Below, piece by piece: positions 39,784 through 49,759 of a stretch of DNA of 64,000 bases. Under the pieces are notes generated by a model. The model ran no database searches. It saw only the letters and a list, made by a program, of their open reading frames with translations, and was not told where the DNA came from. Both the position numbers and the translations under genes were made by a program. Each line of letters begins with the position of its first letter. The stretch's first letter is position 1. This stretch comes from Pseudomonadota bacterium (lineage in GTDB: Bacteria > Bdellovibrionota_C > UBA2361 > OMII01): positions 44,589 through 108,588 of the forward strand of contig JAIXQT010000075.1 in assembly GCA_027485595.1 (NCBI GenBank), given 5' to 3'.

Positions 39784-42138
39784 ATGCGACAACGTTACTC
39801 ATCCGAAGTAGGAAGTTACGTTCTTGAGCTCGCTGGCGTTATTATGGGCGTCGCGGTGTTCATCGTCGGCGCCGCCGATATATCCCGCATCTTTCAGGCG
39901 CGAAGTGCGGTGCGGGCCGCGGTGAACGATGGGGCTCGGTGTCTCTTTCCAACCGACGCGGCGTGTGTCGAGCGCGGTGAGGGGGAACTTTCCGCTCCGA
40001 ATCGCACGTATGACGTGTGGGTGTGGGGCTCGGGATACGAGGTTCCTCAGGAGTCGTTCGTTGTGTCCGCTCGGTGGCAACAAGAGCCTGTCTATGAGGT
40101 AGCGGTCCTCCAAGACGAGATTACTGATGTGACAGTTCAGCAGCGCCAATTTCAGTATCGCCCGTACTCGATGGTGTATCCCACCGTCGCTCATACGACA
40201 TATCTGATGCAAACTCGATTTCTCCCCGTCATAGTTGGAGGCCGTCCCCTTGAACCACAATTCGCGGACCCTCTTACCACGAGGGTGTCACGTCCAACCG
40301 CGACCTACAGCATGGAACGAGTGAGTGGCTCCACGACCAGACGGGTAACGACCGCGCTCAAAACGCCCTACCATGACACCTTTAAAATTGGCTCCATCTC
40401 CTTTCCGGTGAGTGACGCGTGGCCAACGATGCGGGAGGACAAAGCTCGTATCGCTGAGATGCCTTCGAGTATCGCGAGTTCCTTACCCTGTTTATTTGGC
40501 GCCCGGCAGCCCGCGCCCTCTGGCGAGGTGCTCACATGGAGCGCGGGGACGCCGCAAGAGTGTCGCTATCGTGTCCGTTCATCTCGCTCCTCGCGGGTCA
40601 TGGAGCGTGGAAATCTCAAAGTTCCGATGATGTTTCGGATTGAGGGAGATTCGCGAGGCACTGTAGATGGAGCAGAGGGAAAGGTGATGGTAGCGCTGTC
40701 ATGGCAGAGCCCCTCGGCGGGCGCAGGCCAGGTGGAGCTTGGGGGGCGAAGACTTGGATATTTGGGCGGAGGCAACTTCGTGCCACGGGGACTCGCCGAG
40801 GTCGATATCAACGCCGCATTGCGTCCCAATTACAACGACTACTCGGAGGAGTTGAGACTCTACTCTGAGCTGCCGCTCCTACCGGTAGACGCTACGGCCA
40901 CGCTCGATTTTTACCTGGTCAGTTTCAACGAACGTCGGGTGGCATGGAACGGCGGTAAACTTGAGGTATGGCTTCCTCAATATCGCTTGGTTCACGAGAG
41001 TCACGACTGTGGGTACACCGCCAATCCAACGGAATGCCCTACGCCGCCAGCGCAGGCGCCAGTTCATTACATAACGTTGAGTGAGAGATCGCCGTTCTCA
41101 GCTGTGGTGGCGGGGCGAGAGAGCTGTTCGCTCGCCGAAGACGCCAACGCCGAGAGCGATCTCCCTGGCTTCATTGCGCGATTGCGTGAGGAGGCGCTGA
41201 GCACTGGTAGCGCGCGACCACGCTCATTTCACCTTAAGGTGCCGACAGCGCATGCAGTATGCCCGCCGATTGTCGCGACGAGAGCGTGCGCCGCGCCTCT
41301 ACCGGAATACTTTGAGGGATGCGGGGAGACGCTCTCCCGTGACGATATCGCCTCTCGGTGTGGTGTGCCGAGCGAGTCGAGTGAGGTCCTTGACTACACA
41401 AAGCGTCCGACCGCGAGGTCGGTCAAACGATTCAAGGGATGTTCCGATGAAACCTTACCACAGTGCGCCTTGAACCAAGCTCAAAAAGTCGAATCCGTGC
41501 TCTACGTGGGTGAGAGGAGGTGTGACGCGGCGACGACCTCAGATGCTCCGCAGATGATTATTGGCCCCCTCGACGCGACAACATGTCAGGAGCGGGAAGG
41601 GGAGGCGGCACGATTGTATCGATCGCGCGAGAAGATTCCACGTGATGTCCCGGTTTCTGTGATTCGGCTACCCTCGTCCTCTCGTTTTAGTTCGGCTCGT
41701 CCGCCAAACATCTGCGTGCCCTACCTTTCGGCTGAGGGCACCTCGCGCGAGATGCTGTGTGGGCGGGGTCTCAGCGAGGCCGCCGCCGAGCGGTGTTGCG
41801 CCGAGAGTGATGGGCGATGTCGCAAGCAGCTCGTTGTGGTTCCGAGTTATTCGTCTCGGGATGACGAATGGGTATCCGCTCTCTCTGCCGCCAAGCGGCG
41901 GGTTGTTCAAGCGGCGCAGGCGGGATATCCACCTGTTCGGTATCAAGAGATCTGCGGAGATTCCGAAGTCAATTGCTTGCAGGTTGGCGCTGACCTTGAT
42001 GCAGACACATCAAAAGCGATCGTTTCAGCCAAGGTCCATGTACCACTTATGCTGTTACGTTTTTTTCACAAGAGTTGGGTGACTGTGGAGTATTCCACGG
42101 AGCGGCTCTTGGAGCGCATAGCGCTCGAAAAGTCGTAA
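39784..42138 (+). CDS. Very large TadE/Flp-like pseudopilin with Cys-rich body
   Basis: GSYVLE-hydrophobic-AAVNDGAR N-terminus; GGAGG RBS. Confidence 0.65.
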   Translation: MRQRYSSEVGSYVLELAGVIMGVAVFIVGAADISRIFQARSAVRAAVNDGARCLFPTDAACVERGEGELSAPNRTYDVWVWGSGYEVPQESFVVSARWQQEPVYEVAVLQDEITDVTVQQRQFQYRPYSMVYPTVAHTTYLMQTRFLPVIVGGRPLEPQFADPLTTRVSRPTATYSMERVSGSTTRRVTTALKTPYHDTFKIGSISFPVSDAWPTMREDKARIAEMPSSIASSLPCLFGARQPAPSGEVLTWSAGTPQECRYRVRSSRSSRVMERGNLKVPMMFRIEGDSRGTVDGAEGKVMVALSWQSPSAGAGQVELGGRRLGYLGGGNFVPRGLAEVDINAALRPNYNDYSEELRLYSELPLLPVDATATLDFYLVSFNERRVAWNGGKLEVWLPQYRLVHESHDCGYTANPTECPTPPAQAPVHYITLSERSPFSAVVAGRESCSLAEDANAESDLPGFIARLREEALSTGSARPRSFHLKVPTAHAVCPPIVATRACAAPLPEYFEGCGETLSRDDIASRCGVPSESSEVLDYTKRPTARSVKRFKGCSDETLPQCALNQAQKVESVLYVGERRCDAATTSDAPQMIIGPLDATTCQEREGEAARLYRSREKIPRDVPVSVIRLPSSSRFSSARPPNICVPYLSAEGTSREMLCGRGLSEAAAERCCAESDGRCRKQLVVVPSYSSRDDEWVSALSAAKRRVVQAAQAGYPPVRYQEICGDSEVNCLQVGADLDADTSKAIVSAKVHVPLMLLRFFHKSWVTVEYSTERLLERIALEKS

Positions 42139-42168
42139 CAGCCCTAGGTGCTTCACGCTCTGCGCTGC

Positions 42169-42747
42169 TTAAGAAACGCCGCAAACGTCCCGAATCTCCG
42201 CGATCTTACGATCGATGTCGGCGTTGTACTGTCCAGCGCTCACCCGAACATTCTCGGCGTAATTTCCCTTGAGCAGTCCAACTACGGCTGATACCGGGAA
42301 TACAGAAGAGACCCCAGCTACAAGCTGTTTCCCTACACCCGCCTTCTCACTTGTGAGGGTCGCGATATCCTGCTTCGCCGTCGCGCAATTAATCCCCTTC
42401 TTGAGCGCCGCGTCGCCACCCTTGGGGGCGTGACTTTCTCCTACCAGACCGGAGGCGTCGTGATAGAGCCGGTCGGCCGATTCACCCACGGGGTCCGTCA
42501 CTGGCGCGATCGCGTCGCCGACCGGTTGCAGGACATCTCCAACTTTATCAGTCACGGGAGCTACGTCGTGGCCGATGTGTCGACCTGCTTTTTCCACAGC
42601 ATCTTTTCCGGCGGTCGCCGCGTTTTGGATGTCATCGCCGATCTCTGAAAGGTCCTCACCGAATTGAGCGTGGGCCGTTCGGGAGACAACGCAGGTACCG
42701 AGCGTGAAGAGTGCTAGAACGGAATAACAAGCGATTTTTCTAAACAT
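42169..42747 (-). CDS. Secreted hypothetical protein
   Basis: Signal peptide MFRKIAC...AHA; amphipathic repeats; two Cys in the mature part. Confidence 0.6.
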   Translation of the reverse strand: MFRKIACYSVLALFTLGTCVVSRTAHAQFGEDLSEIGDDIQNAATAGKDAVEKAGRHIGHDVAPVTDKVGDVLQPVGDAIAPVTDPVGESADRLYHDASGLVGESHAPKGGDAALKKGINCATAKQDIATLTSEKAGVGKQLVAGVSSVFPVSAVVGLLKGNYAENVRVSAGQYNADIDRKIAEIRDVCGVS

Positions 42748-42915
42748 TGTATCCTTGATGTGGCGATTTACCCGCCGTATGACTGAAAGGTGACACAGAA
42801 ACAGCGGACCGTCACCCAAAGATTTACGCCCACTATGTGCTGGTTTGTGGGGATCTCTTATGGACTGTGACTTTTTCGTTGCGGTGTGATGGTAGGGTGA
42901 CTGATACTTTGAATC

Positions 42916-43419
42916 ATGCGCAACCGCCAAACTTTCTTCGCTTCCCTTTGTGCTTCGCTTTGTATCGCGCTCGGTACGTTGAGCATGTCGATGTACCCCG
43001 CTTACGCAGACTTCGGCGCGGATTCCGGAAAGGCTGAGGTGCCCGTCGCAATGGCACAGGAGTACGGAGCTTTCGCGGATAAGGCGGTGGAGGCCCTTGT
43101 GAAGGGCGACGGTAAGGCTTTTCGCGCGATGTTGAGTCCTGGCACGGAGAAGATGGAACAGCGAGGAAAGGGGGCCATCGACATGATCATCTACGAACGG
43201 TTCATTCCGTTTTTCGATGGTTTTGTTAAGCCACATCTCGTCGATCAACCATTTCCGACCTACCGCCGGATAGATGGCGTGAAGGGAGTGGGCTTCGCGC
43301 GCTCCTTCTTCCTATCGGATGGCAGCGAGCGATTCTACGTCATCTTCATTCTCAAAGAGGATGACCGACTCACGGTTGGCAATCTCTTACTCGACAAGAA
43401 GCTCGACGACGTTCGTTAA
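42916..43419 (+). CDS. Secreted hypothetical protein (possibly NTF2-like)
   Basis: Signal peptide ending AYA; helix followed by beta strands. Confidence 0.6.
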   Translation: MRNRQTFFASLCASLCIALGTLSMSMYPAYADFGADSGKAEVPVAMAQEYGAFADKAVEALVKGDGKAFRAMLSPGTEKMEQRGKGAIDMIIYERFIPFFDGFVKPHLVDQPFPTYRRIDGVKGVGFARSFFLSDGSERFYVIFILKEDDRLTVGNLLLDKKLDDVR

Positions 43420-44702
43420 GATATCGTCTGCAAGATGTTCTGCACCGTCTCCTCGGCGGCGTGAAACACCTGCTCGGCGGGAACGTGGCTGATACGCGAC
43501 GCGATTGTTTCTGCTTCTACTTTTCGACCCGAGTTGAGCAGGTTCCGAATCGCCGAGAGAACAACTATCTCCTGCTGAGGCATCGTGGTCGCGAAGTGCG
43601 CAATAAGATCTGTTCCGAGATTGGTTTGAGTCATCTCGTTGTAGGCGTAGCACGCTTTAATCAAGTACCCGGCTTGTGAATTAGTGAGCTCCTCTCCGGC
43701 GGAGAGTCCGTGCTGAGCCGCGACTATAGATGCGGTCAATGGGATCGGCATATGTCGACCGGTTGATCTCACGTACATCAGACTCGTGATGACATGATTA
43801 ACCATGGCGCGGAAATGTCGATCCTTAGCGGGGGTTCTTTTCGTTATGGTGGAGAGGAGTTCATGCACCGTCTGGGCCCGATGTTTGGGGAGGTGTTTCT
43901 TCAGGATCTCCTCGCGCCCGGCGCGAGCGATCTGTCGCAGCTGCTCCGGGCGTTGAAGGAGCTGGGATACTCGTTCAGTGGCCTCGTCCACGCTGTCAGG
44001 GCTGTAGGTGACGATATGCTCCCCCTCGCGGAATAAATCAAAGAGTCCGTTGGGCGTTCGCTCCGTCAGAACAAGAGATCCGCACATCAGCGCCTCGAAT
44101 ACGCGAAAATTGAGGTCTCCCATCACTGTTTGATTCACCACGATCTCAGAGAAGGGAAAGACCTCCCAGTAATTGCCGTGGGTAATGTGGATCGGTACGC
44201 GATGTTTAAGTTCCTCGAAAAATTTGACCCGCCGCGGATTGAGCTTTGCGTTGAGGTTGCCGACGAATGATACCGGCCACCTCTTGTCCTCACTCGGTTC
44301 GACGAACCGAGGGGCCCACAGTGGGAGCCACGAAGCGGGTGTTCCGCAATCCTTGAACTTCTCGACGTAGTCCTTTTGCGCCACCAGAACGTGGTCGAAG
44401 ATCTCGGCCATGAACGTATGCATCGGGTGGTGGTGAAACGTATCTACCGAATAGAGCACAACTGGAATGGTGGTAGACTCAAGCCCTGTCATGAGAATGG
44501 TGGGCATGCTGTTGTCGTGCCACAGGATCCTATCGGGTAGAAATCCGTTGAGGCTCGCGAGTACGCTGTCGAGGTGGTTTGTACCGCAAGGGATTCGATA
44601 ATCCAGGTGCGCCTCTGAGCCACAGGTAATAACCTCATGGCCCAACTCCCGCAGTTCAGGTGCAAACCAATCTTGGTTAAAAATGAGAACCTTCACACGC
44701 AC
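43416..44702 (-). CDS. CgeB-like glycosyltransferase
   Basis: SFVG, VVNQTVMGDLNFRVFEALMCG, LF.EGEH. Confidence 0.85.
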   Translation of the reverse strand: MRVKVLIFNQDWFAPELRELGHEVITCGSEAHLDYRIPCGTNHLDSVLASLNGFLPDRILWHDNSMPTILMTGLESTTIPVVLYSVDTFHHHPMHTFMAEIFDHVLVAQKDYVEKFKDCGTPASWLPLWAPRFVEPSEDKRWPVSFVGNLNAKLNPRRVKFFEELKHRVPIHITHGNYWEVFPFSEIVVNQTVMGDLNFRVFEALMCGSLVLTERTPNGLFDLFREGEHIVTYSPDSVDEATERVSQLLQRPEQLRQIARAGREEILKKHLPKHRAQTVHELLSTITKRTPAKDRHFRAMVNHVITSLMYVRSTGRHMPIPLTASIVAAQHGLSAGEELTNSQAGYLIKACYAYNEMTQTNLGTDLIAHFATTMPQQEIVVLSAIRNLLNSGRKVEAETIASRISHVPAEQVFHAAEETVQNILQTIS

Positions 44703-44847
44703 TCCCGCTCATGATGTCATGTCGCAGAGGGCGCGACATAAGCATCTTTAAGATGCGGTGAGATGAACAAGGGGCTCACCTAGTTCCCTCTGGAACGGTC
44801 CTGTAACCTATTGAACGCGTACGGTTTTGGAGCCCGCCGGGCACGGC

Positions 44848-45741
44848 CTACGCTGAGAGCGCAGCCTTTCGCTCGAGCGCCTCTTCATAGATACGAGCTG
44901 GTGGCTCCCGAAGGTCCCACACGAGTCCGAACCAGGAAAGCACTTTGAGTGTGTAGTGCGAGATGTCGACCTCCCACCAGTAGAACCCCTGACGCTCAGA
45001 GCCAGGGTAGCGGTGGTGGTTGTTATGCCATCCTTCACCTAGGGTGATGATAGCGAGTAGGAAGCTGTTCTTGCTGTCGTCGCCCGTCTTGAAGCGAGCT
45101 TTTCCAAGCACGTGAGCGAGCGAGTTAATGCAGAAGGTTCCGTGGTAGAGGAGCGTTGTGCTGATGCAGAATCCCCAGGTGAACATCTGAAGAGGACCGG
45201 TTCCAAGCTCAGGGTAGTACGCCTGAAGGAAGTAGCCGAGCCCAGTAACACCAAGGCCAAGAAGAACAGGTGGCACGATGTGGTGCCGCTCAAGGAGACA
45301 AAGCTCTGGGAACTTAACGAGATCCTTTACGAGCTCCCAACGGGTCTCAACGAACTGCGTGCTCAAAACCCATCCAACATGCGCCCACCACATGCCGTAG
45401 ATGCGTGGTGGATGAACGTCTTCCTCGGTGTCAGAGAACTGATGGTGATGGCGGTGGTGCGATGCCCACCAGATAGGCCCCTTTTGAGCGGAGGTAGCAC
45501 CAATGAACGCGAGTACGAATTGGAACCATCGACTCGTCTTGTAGCTTCGGTGAGAGAAGTAGCGGTGGTACACGCCGGTGATGCCGAACATCCGGATCGC
45601 GTAGAGAGCCATACATACCGCGAAAGCTACCCAGCTAAAGCCTGCCCAAATTACCAAGAGGCATCCAAGATGAATCGCCCAGAAGGCCGCTTGCTTGATC
45701 AGATTAACGGGATGGAGAGGATTGCCGCTGGTGTTATTCAT
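44848..45741 (-). CDS. Acyl-CoA/acyl-lipid delta-9 desaturase
   Basis: His boxes HRYFSH, HRHHH, GEGWHNNHH. Confidence 0.94.
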   Translation of the reverse strand: MNNTSGNPLHPVNLIKQAAFWAIHLGCLLVIWAGFSWVAFAVCMALYAIRMFGITGVYHRYFSHRSYKTSRWFQFVLAFIGATSAQKGPIWWASHHRHHHQFSDTEEDVHPPRIYGMWWAHVGWVLSTQFVETRWELVKDLVKFPELCLLERHHIVPPVLLGLGVTGLGYFLQAYYPELGTGPLQMFTWGFCISTTLLYHGTFCINSLAHVLGKARFKTGDDSKNSFLLAIITLGEGWHNNHHRYPGSERQGFYWWEVDISHYTLKVLSWFGLVWDLREPPARIYEEALERKAALSA

Positions 45742-45853
45742 GTTCTCGAGATCTCTCCAGGGGCGAGGTAATTCTCGCGAGCCAAGATGACCCCGATAGT
45801 AAATGAATTACCCCCGTAAGCAAAGACTGCGCGGACCGCTTGCGGTCTCTTTT

Positions 45854-46333
45854 CTACGAACACTTACGACAGAGTCCGAAGAACTCAAGTACATGAGATT
45901 GCACGGTAAAATTGTGCGTTTGTTGAATCTTTCCCTCAAGGGCGTGAAGGTCGTGGTGGGGCACCTCAACGCACTGGATATCCTTACACGAGGTGCACAC
46001 GAGGTGGTGGTGATGGTGGTCAGGGTGAAGCAGTTCGTACCGCTTCATGCCATCAAGGATATCGATCTCCGAGAGGATCTTGTTATCAGCGAGGAAGTCG
46101 AGCTCTCGATAGATCGTTGTCTTGTTGACCGAGGGGTGTTTGTAAGCAACCTGCTCCAAAAGCTCCGGGGCTGAGATCGGCTGGCTGGCTACTACCAACG
46201 CCTCGATCATCGCCTGTCGAATCTTTGTGATGCGAAAGCCCTTGGTTCTTAAGGCGTCGATAAGCTGCTCTGCGGAGGAGTTCTCCGGGGTCTCGTCGGG
46301 CAGCACGGTGAGGGTTTTCGACGGCGTCTTCAT
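45854..46333 (-). CDS. Fur-family regulator (Zur-like)
   Basis: TIYRELDFL, HHHHHLVCTSC, C-terminal CRKC. Confidence 0.93.
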   Translation of the reverse strand: MKTPSKTLTVLPDETPENSSAEQLIDALRTKGFRITKIRQAMIEALVVASQPISAPELLEQVAYKHPSVNKTTIYRELDFLADNKILSEIDILDGMKRYELLHPDHHHHHLVCTSCKDIQCVEVPHHDLHALEGKIQQTHNFTVQSHVLEFFGLCRKCS

Positions 46334-46341
46334 CCTACGCG

Positions 46342-47088
46342 CTAGCTCTTCGATAACCTTGAGGGGATCTGAATAAGAGGTTGCTGAGGACCCGTTTTGT
46401 TGTGCATCCAGTACCCAAGTCCGACGCTCATCGCTATCGCGCAGAGGACGAACGCCACGACCCCAGCGGCTGGCAACTCAACCGCATGCTCTACCACATG
46501 AAATAGAGCGTAGCTCGCTATTCCAGTAAGTCCCGCGGTTACCACGCCAGGAAGGGAATCGAGAACCTTCATGATAGTTGAACGGCGAGTCTCTCCAACC
46601 AGAACGACGAAGGATATCAGTAATCCGATCACAACAGAGGCTCCAAGGAGCATGATTATCAGTGGCTTCTGTTCCGTTACGCCACTCATGTGACTCAAGA
46701 TAGGCCCAGCCGCGAGCGCGTGAATGGAGAGCGCTCCGGCGGTAGAGATGATCTGAAGCGAGCTAATTGGCGCGACCTCATGGTGTTCGCAGCTACAATC
46801 ACCGTGAGAGCCGTGATGTAACCGGTGATGCATGAAGTGCTTGAGAAGGATCAACGTTCCAACAAACACGATAATGCCGCCAAGTGTTTCAGAGTAGTGC
46901 GCTGCCTCGGCGGCAAGCAAAGTTCCAGCGACAGCATACAGGGCGTGAAAGAACGCGAAAGCCGCACCACACACCCAGGGATTTCCGCCCGTTGTCGCGA
47001 CAAGCGCGATGGCGATAAGGATGCAGCCGTCCCCCGCGAGAACGAGGGGATAGAGCAAGATAAATGAGAGGAGCGACAGGGAAGACAT
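46342..47088 (-). CDS. His-rich polytopic membrane protein, possible metal transporter
   Basis: About 7 TMs, HFMHHRLHHGSHGDCSCEHH loop, intramembrane His; co-oriented with the Fur gene. Confidence 0.65.
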   Translation of the reverse strand: MSSLSLLSFILLYPLVLAGDGCILIAIALVATTGGNPWVCGAAFAFFHALYAVAGTLLAAEAAHYSETLGGIIVFVGTLILLKHFMHHRLHHGSHGDCSCEHHEVAPISSLQIISTAGALSIHALAAGPILSHMSGVTEQKPLIIMLLGASVVIGLLISFVVLVGETRRSTIMKVLDSLPGVVTAGLTGIASYALFHVVEHAVELPAAGVVAFVLCAIAMSVGLGYWMHNKTGPQQPLIQIPSRLSKS

Positions 47089-47094
47089 GCCCCT

Positions 47095-47135
47095 AGTGTA
47101 TGCGGGAGCGGGGGCCTTTTGCAAATGAGTCGCAA
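47095..47135 (-). promoter_or_regulatory. Promoter overlapped by a Fur-family-like operator
   Basis: Imperfect 8-1-8 palindrome TTGCAAAT-G-AGTCGCAA at 47119-47135; TTGCAA-18 nt-TACACT-6 nt-ATG. Confidence 0.5.
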
Positions 47136-47399
47136 GTAGGCCAGCGGCTAGGCGGCGTTTATGGGAGTGTCTGAGCTGACCGGATATAATAGTTAGGTAA
47201 AGCAGGTGTTTAGCTAGCTTGGGGGTGGTGGGACGGACAAGCAGCCTTAGTCTGTTTTGACGGACACGGGGATGCCTCACTGTGCCGGGCCACACCGCCG
47301 GGTCTCCGTGCCCCTTGGTGATTGTTACCGTTCAACGGGATGTCACCATACCTACTAAGGTAAGTGTTACATGAGGGGATGACCCCCAAGGATTGAGGT

Positions 47400-47966
47400 A
47401 TGCAACACATTCAGCCTGCCCAGGCACTCCCGGCTAATAGCGGTTCAGCAGCAGAGCATCGAGCGACTACCGATTTTTTCGAGAGAGCTCGACGCGTTGT
47501 CACATCCTTAAAGGAAGGGAAGGTCATATACGCCAAAGAAGGTTCCAGAGGAGGTTGCCAGGTGCTCGCGTTCGCGGAGCACGGTTTGGTGGTTAAGCTC
47601 GTGAACGAGGCGGAACTGAAGAGAACTGAGAATGCGTTCTCAGTTCTCTCCGACGCGGGCTACTCGCCCCCTCGCGCACTCTTTCTTGGAGCAACCTCGG
47701 AACATGTCGCGCTTCTGGTGATGGAGCAGATACCACGGGAGCAGATAGCCGGGGCTCGAAGACTGTACTTTGCGGAGCCGCACGGCCAGCGGATGAAGGA
47801 ACTCGTGCGGGAGGGGAGACAAATAGTTGAAGATGCTGGGCTCCGCAGTGACGAATGGATCCCTGATCATGGATCGAACATGGCGATAACGCCGGACGCG
47901 GAGCAAGCGGCCGTTCGGGGGCAGCTTACGAGGAGTCACCTGATTCCCTTTGATCCTGTGTTCTAG
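47400..47966 (+). CDS. Hypothetical protein with minimal protein-kinase-like motifs
   Basis: EGSRGG, LVVK, LLVMEQI, PDHGSN, LIPFD in kinase order; GAGG upstream. Confidence 0.55.
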   Translation: MQHIQPAQALPANSGSAAEHRATTDFFERARRVVTSLKEGKVIYAKEGSRGGCQVLAFAEHGLVVKLVNEAELKRTENAFSVLSDAGYSPPRALFLGATSEHVALLVMEQIPREQIAGARRLYFAEPHGQRMKELVREGRQIVEDAGLRSDEWIPDHGSNMAITPDAEQAAVRGQLTRSHLIPFDPVF

Positions 47967-48184
47967 AGTCCTTGCGCTCTTGCGCCTTCTCTCAGCGACC
48001 GCGCGCGATGGGGAAGAGCATTTCGCCTCTGGTAATGGCCTAGTCACATGGTACACCCTACCTTGTCGAAGACGGCGGGCCACAGCAGGGTGGCAATGGA
48101 ATTCGGCAAGAGCATCAGCCTCCCGGAGGTGTCTCGTAGTTCAAAAGGTAGGGTGTTCCAGTAGGAGCCAAATCGGGCCGGGGG

Positions 48185-49738
48185 TTACCCGATTGCCTGA
48201 GCTGACTGGCCAGATTGCTTGGCCAAATCCACCACCTCCTTGAGCATCTCAAGCTTGGTGATGATCCGAGGTACCTTGTTCTGTCCCCCTAATTTGCCCC
48301 GTCGACGCATCCATTCGGCGAAGAAGCCGGGGGCTACGGGAAGGATCTCGGGAGCCTTGAGTCCGAAGCCCTCTGAGCGATGAGCCTCATAGTCCTCGTT
48401 TCGTTTGCAGAGCCGCGCGTCGAGTGTCTGTTGGAAGCGCGCTAACGTTTCGCCTGAAGGAAGCGAGTTCGCGAACTCGACAACGTAAATGTGTCCACCA
48501 AGCTCGCCTGAGCGTTCCGGAAATACCGGTCCAACAGTAAAGTCAGATACCTCGGTACCTGTTTCATGCGCGGCGGTCGCGATTCCATCCTCTATCTCCT
48601 CAGCGATGAGATGCTCTCCGAACGCGGAGAGGTAGTACGAGGTACGACCGGTCACGAGAACGCGCGGTGTCTTCGTATCGACGAAGCGAACGGTGTCGCC
48701 GATCACATACGACCAGAGTCCGGCGCACGTCGTAAGGATGATCGCGTAGTTCACATCCTGCTGAACGTTGCCGATCCAGTGACGAGTTGGTTGCGCGCTC
48801 TCAAGCTCCTCAAGGGGAACGAACTCAAAGAAGATCCCGTGATCGAGGTTCATGCGGAGTCCATCGCCGTACCCACGATCCCCGACCGCGATGAAGCCTT
48901 CGCTCGCGGGATACACCTCGCGAAGCTCTGCGTGGCTGTGAGCGAGAAGCTCTCGGAATCGATCAACATACGGAGCGAAATTGACGCCACCGTGCACTAC
49001 CATTTCGAGGTTCTCGTAGATGCGACCGATCTTGCCCTGCGCCTCTGGTCGAAGCGAATTAAGCTTGTCGAAGAAGATCAGCATCCACGCTGGAACGCCC
49101 GAGATCATACGAATATCCTCGGAGAGTGAGAGGCTCGCTAAGGTGTCGATCTTCTCCTCCCAGTTCTTGAGGAGCGCTAGATCCGCCGGTGGGAAATATC
49201 GCATCTTCGCCCACCACGGCAGCTCTTTGACCGAGATGCCACTCAGGTCGCCGAAGTAGATTCCAGGAGCTGCGTTTGTGAGGTCCGTGCTGCCGCCGAG
49301 CATGAAGCTCTTACCACCCATCAAACGAGAGTGCGGACGATTCGTGACATGATGAATGAGAAGATCTGTTCCCGCCTTCGTGTTCGACTTCAACATCTCA
49401 CGGGAGTAGGGGATGTACTTCGTTGTGCCCGAAGAGGTACCGGAGCTCACCGGGAAGTAGGGGATCGTTCCGGGCCATGTGCAGTCGGTAAGAACTGGGA
49501 AGCTCTCCTGCCAAAAGTCTCGCCAGAAGTCCTCATACTTTCGAAGTGGAACCTGTCGCTGATAGTCCTCGATTGAGTTGATAGAGGAGAATCCATGCAT
49601 CTTTCCGAACTTCGTCGACGCCGCGTGGCGAACGAGCCCTAAAAGTTGCTTCCTTTGAGTTTCAGTGGGGTTAAGGGTGTTGAGTTGTTGGTTACGCCAA
49701 CGGGCGTACAGCCGTAGGAAAGGGGTTGCGTCAAACAT
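48185..49738 (-). CDS. GH3-family acyl-adenylate/amido synthetase
   Basis: SSGTSSG.TKYIP, EVYPASEG, SYVIGD, GGQNKVPR. Confidence 0.92.
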   Translation of the reverse strand: MFDATPFLRLYARWRNQQLNTLNPTETQRKQLLGLVRHAASTKFGKMHGFSSINSIEDYQRQVPLRKYEDFWRDFWQESFPVLTDCTWPGTIPYFPVSSGTSSGTTKYIPYSREMLKSNTKAGTDLLIHHVTNRPHSRLMGGKSFMLGGSTDLTNAAPGIYFGDLSGISVKELPWWAKMRYFPPADLALLKNWEEKIDTLASLSLSEDIRMISGVPAWMLIFFDKLNSLRPEAQGKIGRIYENLEMVVHGGVNFAPYVDRFRELLAHSHAELREVYPASEGFIAVGDRGYGDGLRMNLDHGIFFEFVPLEELESAQPTRHWIGNVQQDVNYAIILTTCAGLWSYVIGDTVRFVDTKTPRVLVTGRTSYYLSAFGEHLIAEEIEDGIATAAHETGTEVSDFTVGPVFPERSGELGGHIYVVEFANSLPSGETLARFQQTLDARLCKRNEDYEAHRSEGFGLKAPEILPVAPGFFAEWMRRRGKLGGQNKVPRIITKLEMLKEVVDLAKQSGQSAQAIG

Positions 49739-49759
49739 GGACCGTCCGAGGTGAGACCT

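Noticed and set aside
42748-43248. 5' extension of ORF 42169..43248
   Set aside because: Antisense to 42916..43419; the signal peptide starts at 42747
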